DNA of 64,000 nucleotides from Eledone cirrhosa (taxonomy: Eukaryota): assembly GCA_964016885.1 (NCBI GenBank), contig OZ024742.1, positions 177,506,001-177,570,000 of the forward strand, given 5' to 3'. Shown in pieces: positions 13,217 to 27,200 of this stretch (position 1 is its first letter; each line of letters starts with the position of its first letter). Under the pieces are notes generated by a model. The model saw nothing but the letters and a program-made list of their open reading frames with translations, was not told the DNA's origin and made no database searches. Both the position numbers and the translations under genes were made by a program.

Positions 13217-14907
13217 TATATATATATATGTATATACATATGTGTTAAATGTATGTGGGAGTGGATTTTTATGTGTGAGGTAATGTTAGTTTGAATGTGT
13301 GAACTGTATATGTGCGCTGGAGTTATTTTGTGTGTGTTTAAAGTATCTGGCTGTGTTAGCGTGTGTCCATGAGATGTGCGCATCTCTATGTGTGAGTGTA
13401 GGAATAAATTTTAACGTGTGTGTGTATGTTGGAGTTTATATTGTGTAAAGTATCTAACTGTGATTTATATGTAAGTGTGTATATAACCAGTATGTGCCAT
13501 AGGATAAAGGATGTATGTTTAGTGTGTATTAGAGAGCATATGACAAAGGAAACTAAAGGAAGATGGGTGGTGAATTAAGTTTAGCGAGGTAAAAGGTTTG
13601 TAAGGAGAAAATAAGTTGGTGCTCTCTACGCCAGCACCAGTTATAGGGTCCAGCAGAATGTGCGAGCCCAAAGGCACTGAATTGGCGTGTGGAATGGCCG
13701 GGGGATCGAAAATGTCGGGAGATCTGATTCGGGTTGCCAGCCCGGATAACCCACAATAAACCTTTAAAAAACACACACGTTTAAACATACACATACACTC
13801 ACTCATAATATCAACACAAATACACACACACTTCAATTTATGTTCCAAGATCGTAACCAAGACTACCTAGCGATTTGTCTGATTTACTATACTTATTTTC
13901 ACTTTAAATACCTTTTATTTCCTGTATCTAATCTTTGTGATCCTGTCTCTAATGTTGTACTCCTGAAAAAAAGACACGCGAACTTTCTTCCCCTTTTCTA
14001 TATAAAGCGTGAAACTAATAAATCTTTGTGTATCTCTGTTTTTCGTTTCCTTGAACTATATATGTATATACGGCAGAATTCTGCACTGTCCGTCTATAAG
14101 GTTCCACTAAAAAAAGATGGGTCAATTCGTTTCTATACTAGAAGAGTCTTGTCCTAAGTTCCAAACAGCGAAACTAAACCCACAATACTATTTTTTCGAA
14201 GCGACCGCGTTAACCACACAGCCATCACAGTGCTATGTTGAAATATCCGTGCCATATATATAGGCACCTTAGTGCGCAAAACATTATTGATTCAATGGAT
14301 GTTTCGCAAATGTAATTTACGGATAGAATAACAAGTCTCAAATGACAACGCAAAAATTAAATTAATCGATGGCCCGAATTGAAAATCGAATCCTCGGGGA
14401 TTGTATACTATAAAAGCAGGTTGACCTTCATATACAAAATTTGAAACCAATTAATAGATCTGAAATTTACTGAAATTTTTTTCAGCCAATTTCACGCATA
14501 AAAAGCAAAGCGCAGTGGGCGGATGTGAGTTTGAGATACAACAAAACATTAATATCAATTTATAAGGTTGGCAAACATGATCACATTTTGAGAGAAGCCA
14601 TTGCCGATTAAATCAGCCATCAACACTTCAATTCTCTGTTAATGTATCAAAGGTGCAATGACAAAAGGCAACATCTATATATGCGGAATGTGATTTCAAT
14701 TGATGCAGCGAAGCCACAAATCTCCCGTGGTTGCTATATAGATAGCACTTTCTGCACTAAATACTCCAGTGTAGCACATAAGGTAAATCATAATGAATCC
14801 AAATATCGAATATAATAAATATATATATATATAATACATAAACACATAAACACTTAAATAAAAAAATATATATATATGTATAGATGTGCACCCACACACA
14901 CACACAC

Positions 14908-14977
<70 letters not shown>

Positions 14978-14989
14978 TATTAGGATTGG

Positions 14990-15346
14990 TGCTCTGAAAT
15001 AGCGATGTATACATGAATATATGTATGGCATATTTGGCAATATACCGTATGTTTAATTAAAAACATTTCGAAGACCATATGCTATCAGTTTTAAAGCAGA
15101 TACTATGTCACTTACTTCTATTCGGTGAAACAAGGGAGAGAAGCTGACAGTCTGTTTCACGCTGGCTGGCGTTCATCAGAGCCATGCACTCCCCTGCTTC
15201 CGCCGAAAATTAAAGAAGTTTTCGCCGAAAAGAAGTGTCATATTCACTACTTTAAACCTGCTAGCGTATGGTCTTCTAAATGTGTTTAATTAAACATACG
15301 CTATATTGCCTATTATACCATACATACATTCATGTATACATCGCTA
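14990..15346 (-). mobile_element. Family C non-coding HHR element with ~105-bp inverted termini
   Basis: ~14998-15100 is an imperfect reverse complement of ~15246-15346. Homologous to 42990-43419. HHR lies between the arms. Confidence 0.75.
15142..15183 (-). ncRNA. Type I hammerhead ribozyme (family C), GUC site
   Basis: Minus strand: ggct CTGATGA acgc-cagcca-gcgt GAAA cag-a-ctg TC agct. Helix I extends (gcaggggag/ctcccttgt) over ~15123-15205. Confidence 0.85.
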
Positions 15347-16052
15347 TTTTGTAAACAAACTGAACAGCCTGAATGTTATGCCGGACGGTGTTAAGGCAAC
15401 CACGTCACCTTTTTGTTCCACACTGACACAGGAACAAACGAACAAAGCGGCGTTATAATAAGCGTCCGCTAAACTGATACGTGCATATATGTATGTGTAC
15501 CTGTATGTATATATGTATATATATATATATATATATGTGCATGCTACTGTACGTCTGTATACATATATGTATGTACGTATACACACATACTTACATTTAA
15601 GTAAGTGCCGTACTAAGAGGGAGAAATGAGATTTCGTTTTCATTTTATTTCAACTTATTTCTCGGTATGCCTGACCGACATAACTCACTCGATATGCAAA
15701 TTAGGCTGCTCAGCCGTTAATTTTCATAAGGAAAGTATATACTTTCGAACGTTCAACTATCTGGCAGATGGGTATACGGTGCTGATGATAGCTAACAAGC
15801 TTGAAACTAGTACTTCGTTCCTGTGTCATTGTTGAACAAAAAGGTGACGTGGTTGCCTTAACACCGTACGGCATAACATTCAGGCTGTTCAGTTTGTTTA
15901 CAAACGAACAAAGCGGCGTTATAATAAGCGTCCGCTAAACTGATACGTGCATATATGTATGTGTACCTGTATGTATATATGTATATATATATATATGTGC
16001 ATGCTACTGTACGTCTGTATACATATATGTATGTACATATACACACATACTT
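15347..16052 (+). mobile_element. Family A element (diverged subfamily): 466-bp monomer + partial direct copy + short inverted piece
   Basis: 15434 onward repeats at 15900; ~15347-15434 is the reverse complement of ~15817-15903. Shares actcac..tatgcaaattag.ctgc...taattttcata with the 1.4-2.6 kb element. Confidence 0.8.
15776..15818 (+). ncRNA. Type I hammerhead ribozyme (family A)
   Basis: acggtg CTGATGA tagct-aaca-agctt GAAA ctag TA cttcgt. Confidence 0.75.
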
Positions 16053-16814
16053 ATATATATATACATATACATATATACAAACATTTATATTCGTCTTTCT
16101 TAGCGCCTCTGCTCTATGTGGAACATGAGCGTACTTTCGTTATTTCTGTACATATATATATTTATGCATATATATGTGCATATAAGTATATACAAATAAA
16201 TATATATGTGTGTGTGTGCGCTTGCGCTCGTGTGTGCCTTAATAAATAACGAAGAATGAATACACGATGAGAGCATTAGCGTTGTTTCTTTTTTTGTTTC
16301 CCACTAGTATTTATATAAACATAATGAGTCCACATTGTAAGAAATTTTTATTTTGGTGTAAATGTAATAAAATATGAAGAATCTCCAACAATTTCTGTAA
16401 TGGTTTCTGCTACAGTAGGTTAAACTGTAGGAATTGTTATGGCAACAATTAGAGTAAATCTCCAGAAATACATTTATCGAATCCCTTCGCTTCATTGATC
16501 TACGAAATTTTTATCATTTTACGCCTTTATATTGGAATATCCTAGATTTTTGTCGCCAAATAAACAGGTACACATTTTAGTAGCCATAATATTTCAATTT
16601 TCCATTTATATCAATGTGCATGAATACACACATGTACTAATTCTCTCTCACACTCTCTCTCATAAATATACAAACATACACACACATACTCACATACACA
16701 CACACACACATATATATGTATGTATATATATGGGAGAGGGTAATCATAATGCAAGTAAACGCACATGAATATATACATACATACGTACACACACACAATC
16801 ACACACACACACAT

Positions 16815-16880
<66 letters not shown>

Positions 16881-16911
16881 TTATTTATATATGTATGTAT
16901 ATATAGTAATA

Positions 16912-16962
<51 letters not shown>

Positions 16963-19900
16963 TTTTATTATGGCTGAATAGTGAGACTTGTTACTCTGGA
17001 GGTTCGCCTGTTTATCAAAGGATCATCAGATATATATGTATAGTGATATAGGAAAAGAGTCAGGACCCCGACGGCTGAGCTGCGGCTGTTTCGACACGTA
17101 GAACTGAACTAAACCAGTAGCATATAATGATATAGATATAGATATAGACATAGATATAGATGTCAATAGATATTTCTGCACATGCGTAACGTTGATTTTT
17201 CTGAATTCTCTCTATATATATACAAAATGGAGGCATACCTCCTCCAGGGGAAACCTGGTTCTCTCGGCAACTGACCCACCCTTAACTGCCCAAAAAGCTG
17301 AATATAGAAAGTCGTCGATAGGTTTGTCGTCCAATCTGTTACAGTGGAAACTTCCAGTGTTCTTTGTCTTTGGACCATCTCCCTACTTCCTACTATCGGG
17401 ACAGAATGAGTCACCAGCACAGGTGGAATAGCTATTCCAATGTTTTTCCTTCACCAACCTCCTAGGCAATGCTTTCTCCATTCCGACCACTGGAGGTACA
17501 AGTTCTGCACTTGTAGTCCTGTATGTAATAGAGCACTCCACTTCAACTACCGTCCGTGCCCGTATCATTGGACTAGTGAGGTTTGAGCCAATATTGAGGA
17601 TTTAAGGCAAAGCGTATGAATGTTTTAGAGGTTGTTATCCCTTTTGATAACAAAGAATCGGAAACTTGTTCAACAATACAAAACTGTTTTAGTGTGTTTC
17701 AAAAAATCGATCGACAAGATCTCACAACCTATTCGCTTACTGAGAGTGGTGTGAGAGTGGTGGAACTCGTCAAATCGGACCCAGGAAACAATGTTTTCAT
17801 GGGTCTTTCTATTGCTGCTACTATCTGGCGTTTGCAACTCTTGGTAGATAACGCAATGTGAAATAAAATGAATTGCTTAAAGACATGACGCATCGCCCTG
17901 TTTGGAAAGCAAACTTGTAATCTCAGAATTGGGAATCCAACTCTCTAACCACTAAGCCATCATAATTTAACTTTAAAAAAACCTCTCTTATGTATGTTCC
18001 AAAATTCAGCTTCATTAATTCAGTTTCTTTTTTTGCTTTCGATATTTAACAGTTAGTCTAATCCATTGTTCCCTGACCATTAGCCGCATCAACTCCACAC
18101 ACAGCCAATCTATTAAGTAAAATGATTTGGAAAATGCGGATATTTTCAGGTTGATTCCACATATTCACCGTATTTATGTGCATGTGTAATTTTATCTGGG
18201 AATGTATGTATATTAGTGCATCTGAGTCACTGTATGTGTGCATGATTCTTTTTCTTTTTTTTTTGTATGCATTTCTGTATACAAGACCATGACTATAAGT
18301 ATGTAGTTGCGTTAAGAGAGAGCGCGCACATATATATTTTCATGCAGGTGCCTATACATGTGTATGTTTCTGACTATATAGTTAATTGCATTTATATAAC
18401 AGTGAATGGATGGGTGTGTACGTGTGTGTGAATGTGTTTTTATGTGTTAGTGTGTGTATTCTTGTATGTATATGAAATAATAACAGTGCTTTTCATGCAC
18501 AAAGTTTCAAAGCGGATACTTAATTTATCGTATACAAAAAGAAAATGGTAACTGTATTTCTTGCTTTAGAAATCTCTAGAATATTCTTTAGCTTCACACG
18601 GAATTGACTGTGTTCTATAGACACGGATGTCTAACATTTTTACATGTCTAGCTTTATAAACGGTTTTCTTCTTGAGAGAAAAAAAATCTTCTATTGAAAC
18701 GAATAAATAGTATTGTATTTAAAAGTAAATAGAGAAAATAAAACATTTTACAATTATTTGAATTGAGTTAAAAATAATATTGATTTGTTTCTGATATAAA
18801 ATCTATATATTTATAGAGTGGAATGATGAGTGTGGGGACTTGATTGTTCTTCGCGAAGGAGTTGACTGCTGAACAAATTTACATCGTCCTGAATTCTAAT
18901 CCGAACTCACACCGTTTCGGCTCGGTACGCTCCAGGTTGTTTTTTCTTCCTTTCGGGGCCAATACATAATTCAGTCCAGGGCTGGTGAATTTACGAAATT
19001 AAAGAGTCTGACGAGAAATGTGCATTATGTAATCCAGCTCTGAGTTTAAATCCAGCCCTCTTTTGCTAGCAATTGCGACCGAAATATAGTATCAGCAATA
19101 AAACAACTAATTGAAATATTGTTTCGTCGAGCCAAATTAATGATCGGCTCCTCTTGTTTTAAAAGACAAATAACTTCAACAAGGTATTACAATTTTGATG
19201 AGAAGTTGAGTCAACAAGGAGTTTACCTCCTCCACTAATGGCTTTACCAGAGAAATGGGTAATATTAATTGCTTATGTAAGTAAATAATAAATCTATTTG
19301 GAAATCAGAAATGTTGTAGCCAACGTGTGTTTTGGAGTGATAGTGGGTTACTATTTCTAGCATTTCCTGTGGATACGTAGAAGGTACTCTACGTGTTATA
19401 TTCATCTACTTGTTAGTCTGGTATTTCTATTCCGCATCATTGTTTCTCTAATCTGATTAGCCTTGCCAACAGTATTCAGATATGTATAATGAAAGAATAC
19501 AACAAAACGAAACGGTAAATCTAATGATAGGATTATAGAATACAAACTTATAATACATAGCTTATCGATACCCCAGCGGCACCGTTCTTTATCAATTGAA
19601 TGGATTTACAATATATTTGAGTTACATTCCGCTGGAACACGATTCATTTTGCTCATGAAATCCCTATGTTTAGGATTTATATTTTGAATAAAAACGATTT
19701 TAAAAAGCTTATTTGATAGCAAATATAGACATTAAAGTAGCATTACTGCTATAAATAATCTGGGAACAAACATTAACACGAAGACGTCTATTATCTCTAT
19801 CACCCCTTCGTAAATTATCAATCACATTTCTATAAAAAATCTCTTAAACTGATCAATGGTCGAGAGAATGTCAAATTGAATTAATGATTTCTAGCACACA

Positions 19901-20826
19901 TAGCACACAAATATAGCAAGTACAACAATTGTGAGAAAGAGAAGAACTAGCAGAAAACCAAACCATGAAGAATATTAATCTGATTATTATATGAATGCAG
20001 CGTTAATCCTATCACTTACAACATATTATGGTTAACTTCTATATATTTAGCATGATGTTTCATCACTCTAAATATAACACAATTGATATCACTGTAGTAA
20101 ATCTACTACATGCGCCTTAATCACCCAAGAATAAAAAAAAAGTTAATTTCCTTTCCAAACCTCCTCCACAATCTTAACAGCTGACACACCACCTATGATT
20201 TTATACTTTTCTCTTCTTAATTCGATTCACATATAACACATGGATGCGATGCTGGTGGAATATTTTCCGCGAAGCTCCTAACTCACGTTACCAAGCTGTT
20301 ATGATCATAATTCTTACAAATTTGGCGTCAAATACATTATCGGTTTTAGTGTGAAACATGCAATTTTCTAACTAATATTATGGTCTTTACTATTTTGTTT
20401 TAGAGGTTATTCATTCTATTCGAAAACTATTCAATTATGATATCATTATCGTAAAATTGCAATTATCTTAACCTATTTTTATAAATTAAATTGATATTCG
20501 ATTTGGCACTTGATGTAGGCCTAATGTTCAAATATTCAATAAGTAGAATTATGACGTAGATATTACAAATGAATACAATTATGAAGTAGCTAATAAAAAT
20601 AACAGTGGAAATGTTGTGAATTAACGTTGTGAAAACAAAAACACGATTTTGAACAACGATTAAAAGGATGAATTTATTTAGTCAGCATCTATGTGAATAA
20701 TATATTAGATCTAATATACAGCTAACATACATACATACACACACACACGCACACATACATACATACATACATACATACATACATACATACATACATACAT
20801 ACATACATACATACATACATACATAC

Positions 20827-21465
20827 ATGATGATGATGATGACTGCCCCTCGTTATCGAATATGGCCATTGCACCATATACCATTATTGATCATTATTAA
20901 TTAATTCTATCGTGCAATGCCTGTGCGTGAAGATATTTTTTAAAGTGAGGAAAGACTGTGCACTGAGCCAAACCCACTCTCTGAGCGACAGTAGCTATAA
21001 CCCGAAAACAAGAAAAGATCAACATCATCGGTAACTCTTGAGCCGCAGGTTTTATATCGGAGTTATCCCAGTTTCCTGAGTTGCCTTCTCCTAGAAAGGC
21101 TCTGAGAAAAGCTAGGGTCCTTCACTCCCAGTGGTTTAACCGCGCGATCGGGTGTCCAGCCCAACTACTACTATGTCCCCGCGCATATACATACACATGC
21201 ACCCATGCACCCATGTATATACACATATACATATACATACATATGTACATGTGTATATACATATTTACAGACTTTTTGATGGCCGTTGACCCTTATGAGT
21301 TCTTCCGCCCTTTGTCAGGTTTTGGATTTTTTGTCCTGCATAGTGTCCAAAATCACTCTACTCACCAAGTAAACTTGGTGGGGTTGCCGGTTTAGTCGCC
21401 GACGTCCCGACCATGCGACAGATTGTACTGGGTTACATGTTACCAGTAGCACTCAAGAGTGACCC
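20827..21465 (-). mobile_element. Bipartite RTE-derived non-autonomous element (related subfamily, (TCA)n tail)
   Basis: 5' end homologous to 24060-24147; 3' stem-loop tggccatattcgataacgaggggcagtca(tca)n; flanked by (CATA)n. Confidence 0.7.
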
Positions 21466-21508
21466 GCCATACATACATAAATACATGCATACATACATGC
21501 ATAGATAC

Positions 21509-23031
21509 ATGTCGGAGGTGAACAACTTAGGAGGGATATGGATACAGTCTCGCTGAACTACAGGAAAGCTTTTGATGCTGTTCCCCACTCTTGGATGATA
21601 GAGGCTCTCCGACTTGCTAATATATGACTGTAAAACGGGGAAAAGCTACAACCCAATCTAGCAACATTTTCATCAATGGCCTAACTGTTTCACTGATATC
21701 TATGAGGACTGCTACAGATACCTAGGGATAGATGAGAACATATCATATGATGGTATTTGTAATAAGGATCGCGTAACCAGGGAATATTACACCCAATTAA
21801 GAAAAATATTTTCATCAGAACTCTCTGCACACAATAACACAATGGCTCACAATGTGTTTGCTGTGCCTGTACTAACACCAACGTTTGGAATACTCGGTTG
21901 GACGATAGACGAAATCAGAGCAATTGATGTTAGAACTCGAAAAATCTTAAACAACACCGGACACTTTCACATTAACATTGATATAGAGCGCCTCTACTTG
22001 AAACATAAACAGGGGAGCAGAGGCCTAACATCAGTCGAGACAGGATTTGAATGTCGCATCATTTACGAATCTCGAAGCATAGGAGCCCATCTATCGAGCA
22101 AGTCTATCTACATGAAACATCTGAGATCATTTGAGTTGGGATGGAACTCCTTGAAAGATATTCCCTGTGTGATTATCAAAATCTCACACCCAGGGAAGTC
22201 GGTCAGCAGTATCGCAGTGAATCCATGGATGAACAACTCCATGCTTATTAGCAAAAAAGCATGCATGGATATGTTGCCTGGAAGCTCCACAGTGAGAGTA
22301 ATATAGATAAGGAAAGTAGTCTATCTTGGACCAACAACCGCTATATTGGCTCCCACTTTGAAGGATACGCTTTTGCAATCCAAGAACAGGAAATCAACAC
22401 AAAATACCTGATTCACAAAAGAAATAGGGATGCAGGCAAAACACATAGATGTCATAAGCACTGTCCAAAAATGTCATCGCAGTACTATCTAGATATTAGA
22501 AATGATGTAGTGGCCCAAACACTGTACAATGCAATCCGTAGAAAAGATAGCCCCGTCAATTAACACATTAAAAGCTACAGCAATGTGGAAGACATACAAA
22601 TACATAATATGTATGAGTACTGGAGGAATGTTCCAGTAAAATCCCCAATAAAATGCAGGCATAACAGACCAGATAAAATGATATGGGACAGGGAATTAAA
22701 GTCATACACAGTAGTGGAAGTTAGCTACCCAGCAGATGGCAATATAATATCAAAGATTAGCGTAAAGGAAAATATCTATACAGAATTAATGAGAAATCTG
22801 CAGATACTCCGCCCTAACTTATACCTTGAGATTTATGTCTGTGATTATTGGGGCACTGGGATATGATAGTTACTGCCTCAATACAAATCTTGAGAACCTG
22901 GGCTTCACAGAAACAGAAAGAACATGCAGACATGCATGCATATCTACCTAGTTGTTGTGTAAATTCCAATGCGTGAGTCTTGTATCTATGTTAGAAACCG
23001 ATTCTCTCTTTATTGGCAAACATTTGTGAAC
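21509..23031 (+). mobile_element. 5'-truncated, internally deleted R4/Dong-type LINE copy
   Basis: Aligns by eye to 26180-28280; RT C-terminal and RLE fragments in ORFs 21842-22866 (RND, NRPD, VEVSYP); (CATA) flanks. Confidence 0.88.
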
Positions 23032-23068
23032 TACATACATACTCACATACATACACACACACATACAT

Positions 23069-23439
23069 ACCTGATTACACCTTCAGATTTATGACTCTGG
23101 TTATTGGAGCAATGGGGTATGTTAGTAACTGTCTCAATTCAAATCTTGAGAAGTTGGGCTTCACAGGAACAGAAAGAACACAACTAGTTATAAAATTACA
23201 GGTAAAAATATATAAAACATTCCAAAGATGTTGCATCTAATAACTGCATATACAGATGTACAGATGCAAAGCCTATACACATGCACACATACAACTCAAA
23301 ACATCCACATCCACACATACAATAACATACATATCTAACTAGTTGATGTGTAAATTCCAATGAGAGAGTCTTGTGACTATGTTAGAAACCGACTCTCTCT
23401 CTATGGGTAAACCTTTGTGAAATTATAAAACCAGAAGAA
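23069..23439 (+). mobile_element. 3' fragment of the same R4/Dong-type LINE
   Basis: PDYTFRF...LEKLGFTG; ends tataaaaccagaagaa|(cata)n like the 28293 end. Confidence 0.88.
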
Positions 23440-23540
23440 CATACATACATGCATACATACATACATACATACATACATACATACATACATACATACATAC
23501 ATACATACATACATACATACATACATACATACATACATAC

Positions 23541-24147
23541 ATGGTGGCTGCCAATTCGTTTTCGAGTACGGCCACTACTTTATATCCATGCAGGAAAACC
23601 TCTACCGATGCGCTGAACGAGTGTGACATTTTAGTCCAGCCAGAGACTTGAAAACTCTGGTACAAACACTACACTCGTGACAATTATTGACACACAATGC
23701 TGGGCCCATGGTACCATGTGACGACAAGTGCAAAGAGATCTCCAGATATAAAGCAATACCTGTGCCGTGAAGCTTTTATAGTGAGCAAAGGCACTGCACA
23801 AAGCCAGTCCCACTCCCTTAACCAAGATGTTATTTACCAAAAAGAAGAACAAGTCAACATCATTGCATACCATCAGGGTTGCAGGTGTTATATAAGAGTT
23901 TTCCTTCTCATAGAATTCTGCCTTGACAAAGGCTAATGGGTCATCTCTCCCGATGATTTTGGATGGCCATTGACTCTTAAGAGCTCCTTTGCCCTTTTGA
24001 CAGGTTTTGTTTTTAGTCCTGCAGGATGTCCAAGGTCACCCTCCTCAACAAGAAACCTTGGTGGGGTTGCCAGTTTAGTCGCCAACAACCCGACCATGAG
24101 TCAGGTTGTACTGGGATACATGTTACCAGTAGCACCAACTGGTGACC
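23541..24147 (-). mobile_element. Bipartite RTE-derived non-autonomous element (~600 bp)
   Basis: Closely similar (inverted) to 33790-34391. Encodes a C2H2 remnant CSVCTRVFKSLAGLKxHTRSAH, ends in stem-loop gtggccgtactcgaaaacga.ttggcagccac plus (ATGT)n. Confidence 0.82.
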
Positions 24148-24244
24148 TAACATACATACATGCATACATGCATACACACACACATACATACATACATACA
24201 TACATACATACATACATACATACATACATACATACATACATACA

Positions 24245-27200
24245 AAGATAGTCAACGCGATCAGTCGCATATTTTGGCGTGGGAGACTATTTATTAAATT
24301 TAAGATGAATACTATCTCCGACAGTAATGCCACAACTACAGTCAGGTTGAATAACTGGTTATTCTTCTACCTATCCCTTCTGAAGACACCTTTTATTCGA
24401 ATTGGTAGAGATATCCGACTAAATATATAATTCATTTTACAAGGATTTGCTACAAAAAGCATGGCTTTACACAACATCAACAAGAAAATTAAGGAAGTAT
24501 CGAAGGCAAATAACAAGGAAGGTAATCAAACTTTAATCAGTTGTAGCTACAGAAAAAACCGAAATTATAAATCGCATTTCTCTTGGAGTTGCGAACTTAA
24601 TAATGATTTATTTAATTGTTATAAAATGGTAAAAAACAATCCCTCCGTTGGCTATATGAATAGAATGAAGCTACACTGCGACGAAATGCACCCAGAGCTA
24701 AATTATTTCACAGCGAACAATTACGCTAACCAGCGACGTTTGTTAAACGTAAAAATAAGATAAATATTATTAATTGTAAGTCCCCAACAACAAACATGTT
24801 ATCAACAACACGTGCTACAGGTCGCCATGCTACTAGACTTCCTAGCAGCCAGGTCGAACAGTGCCTCGAAACAACTATGCCTGTAAGAAACTTGACACCA
24901 CCTGTACCATCTAAGTCTACCTCGAATGCTGAGGAAAACACTATCGATAATAATAAATATCGAATAAATGTGACACCACGTGTACCATCCGAGTCTACTT
25001 CGACTGTTGTGGAAAATACTATCGATAATGATAATCAAAAGTATAAACAATTGAAAATTTCCCTCAACGAAATCTTCCAGAGACAAATTAACTCATATAT
25101 AAATATCTCTCTTGATGAACGTGTTAAAACGACAATGGTGAATAAAAAACCAAAATACTACGTGTTATTGACGAAATAGGGGATGAATATTTACGACGGA
25201 TAAAAACCCCAACATTTTGGCAAATCAACGCCTATTTATATGACCCAGCAACGACAGTGAAGCATTATCTTGGTGATAGCAGAGATATTAACAAGAACAA
25301 AACACCACCAAAAATACCATCATTTGTATGTCTTCCACATCATAAAATAGAAAAAAGGAGTGCTGACCTACGAAAAAACATAGGATATGTGACAATACTC
25401 CTTACATGCAAACAAACACAAAAAAACCTCACTCCTCACCAACAAAGAGTGAAAAATAAAATAGAGACGATGTTTGGTAACAGTAGAACCAGAACTCTCC
25501 AATATAAGCTGATAACCCTCAAACAAGAATTGAGAGCTGTTAGCGAAAAACGCAGATACCTGAAGAAGGTAGATGAGAGAAAAGTGCTTAATAAACGATT
25601 CAGACGAAACCAAACATCAATCTATAGAGATATGAAGGGCGAAATAATAAGTGTCACTGAGGCCCCATCCCAGAAAGACATAGATTCCTTTTGGAGAAAA
25701 CTATGGCGTGAAAAGAAGAATTTCAATCAAGATGCAGTGTGGCTAAGAGAAATCCGAAAGAACTATTGCTCCTACACTACAACAAAAACATACGGAATAA
25801 GTGAGGGTACCCTTGAAACTGTGATAGGAAAACTCCAAGATAAGAAAATACCAGGAAGAGACATGATTGTCGGCTACTGGTACAAAAAACTAATATTCAA
25901 TCGGAGGTATCTTACCACCTCTACTAAAAAGTTCTTAAGGGAGATACACTGATACCAGAATGGTTGATATTAGCACAAACGTTACTGGTCCCCAAGAACA
26001 AAGACACCCACTTGGCAAAAAACCTCCGACCCATTGCATGCTAGAACCTGATGTATAAGATGTATACAGCCTGCCTGAACCTATTCCAACAAGATCACTG
26101 TGAAAATAATAATATCATCACAGCTGGAACGAAAGGGTTTTGGGGATTTGCTGAACAAGTCCTAATCAACAAAACTGTGATGTCGGAAGTGCGACAACTT
26201 AGGAGGAATATGGCTACAGTCTGGCTGGACTACAGGAAAGCTTTCGATTCTGTTCCCCACTCTTGGATGATAGAGGCCCTCCAACTTGCTGTCAGAACCA
26301 TAGAGAGGCTGTCTTCTTCTTGGGTTACTATCCTAAGGTTAAAGACAGAGAGGGAGGACTCTATTTTCACTGATAAAATAAAATATTGCAGGGTTATATT
26401 TCAGGGGGACAGTCTCTCTGTGATATTATTCATCTTGTCATTAAACCCCTTTTCCTTTCTGCTCAAGAAATGTGAGGGATACATCATTGGCTCACAGAAG
26501 GACAGAAATACGAACCTAATCCATAATTTCTTTGTGGACGATCTGAAACTCTATGCCAAGAACATGGATGGGATGAAGAAAAATCTTGACCTGGTTACAA
26601 CGTTCTCAAAGGATATAGGAATGGAGTTTGGCCAAGATAAATGCTCATACATGACTGTAAAGCGGGGAAAAACAACAACCCAATCTAGCAACATTGTCAT
26701 CAATAGCCTAACTGTTTCACCGATATCTGATGAAGACTGCTACAGATACCTGGGGATAGATGATAACATATCCTATAATGGTATCTGTAATAGAGAACGC
26801 GTAACCAGGGAATACTACACCCGATTAAGAACGTCCTGGTCCTCGGAACTCTCTGCGCAAAACAAAAAGTGGCTCACAGTGTGTTTGCTGCGCCTGTCCT
26901 AACACCAACGTTTGGAATACTCAATTGGAAGATAGACGAAATCCGAGCAGTAACACCGGTAACTTCCACATCAACAGTGACATAGACCGCCTTTACTTGA
27001 AACGTAAGCAGGGAGGCAGAGGCCTAGCATCAGTCCAGACAACATTTGAATGTCGCATCATATCTCTCCGACAACATCTACGAACCTCGAAACGTAGGAG
27101 CCCGTTTCTCGAGCAAGTCTATCTGCATGAAACAGATAAGACCATGAGAGTTGGGAAGGAACTCCTTGAGAGATATTCCCTGTGTGATAATCAAAAACTC

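Noticed and set aside
13955-14025. ctgaaaaaaagacacgc...gcgtGAAAc, HHR-like
   Set aside because: Core is interrupted by an A-run and there is no helix I partner.
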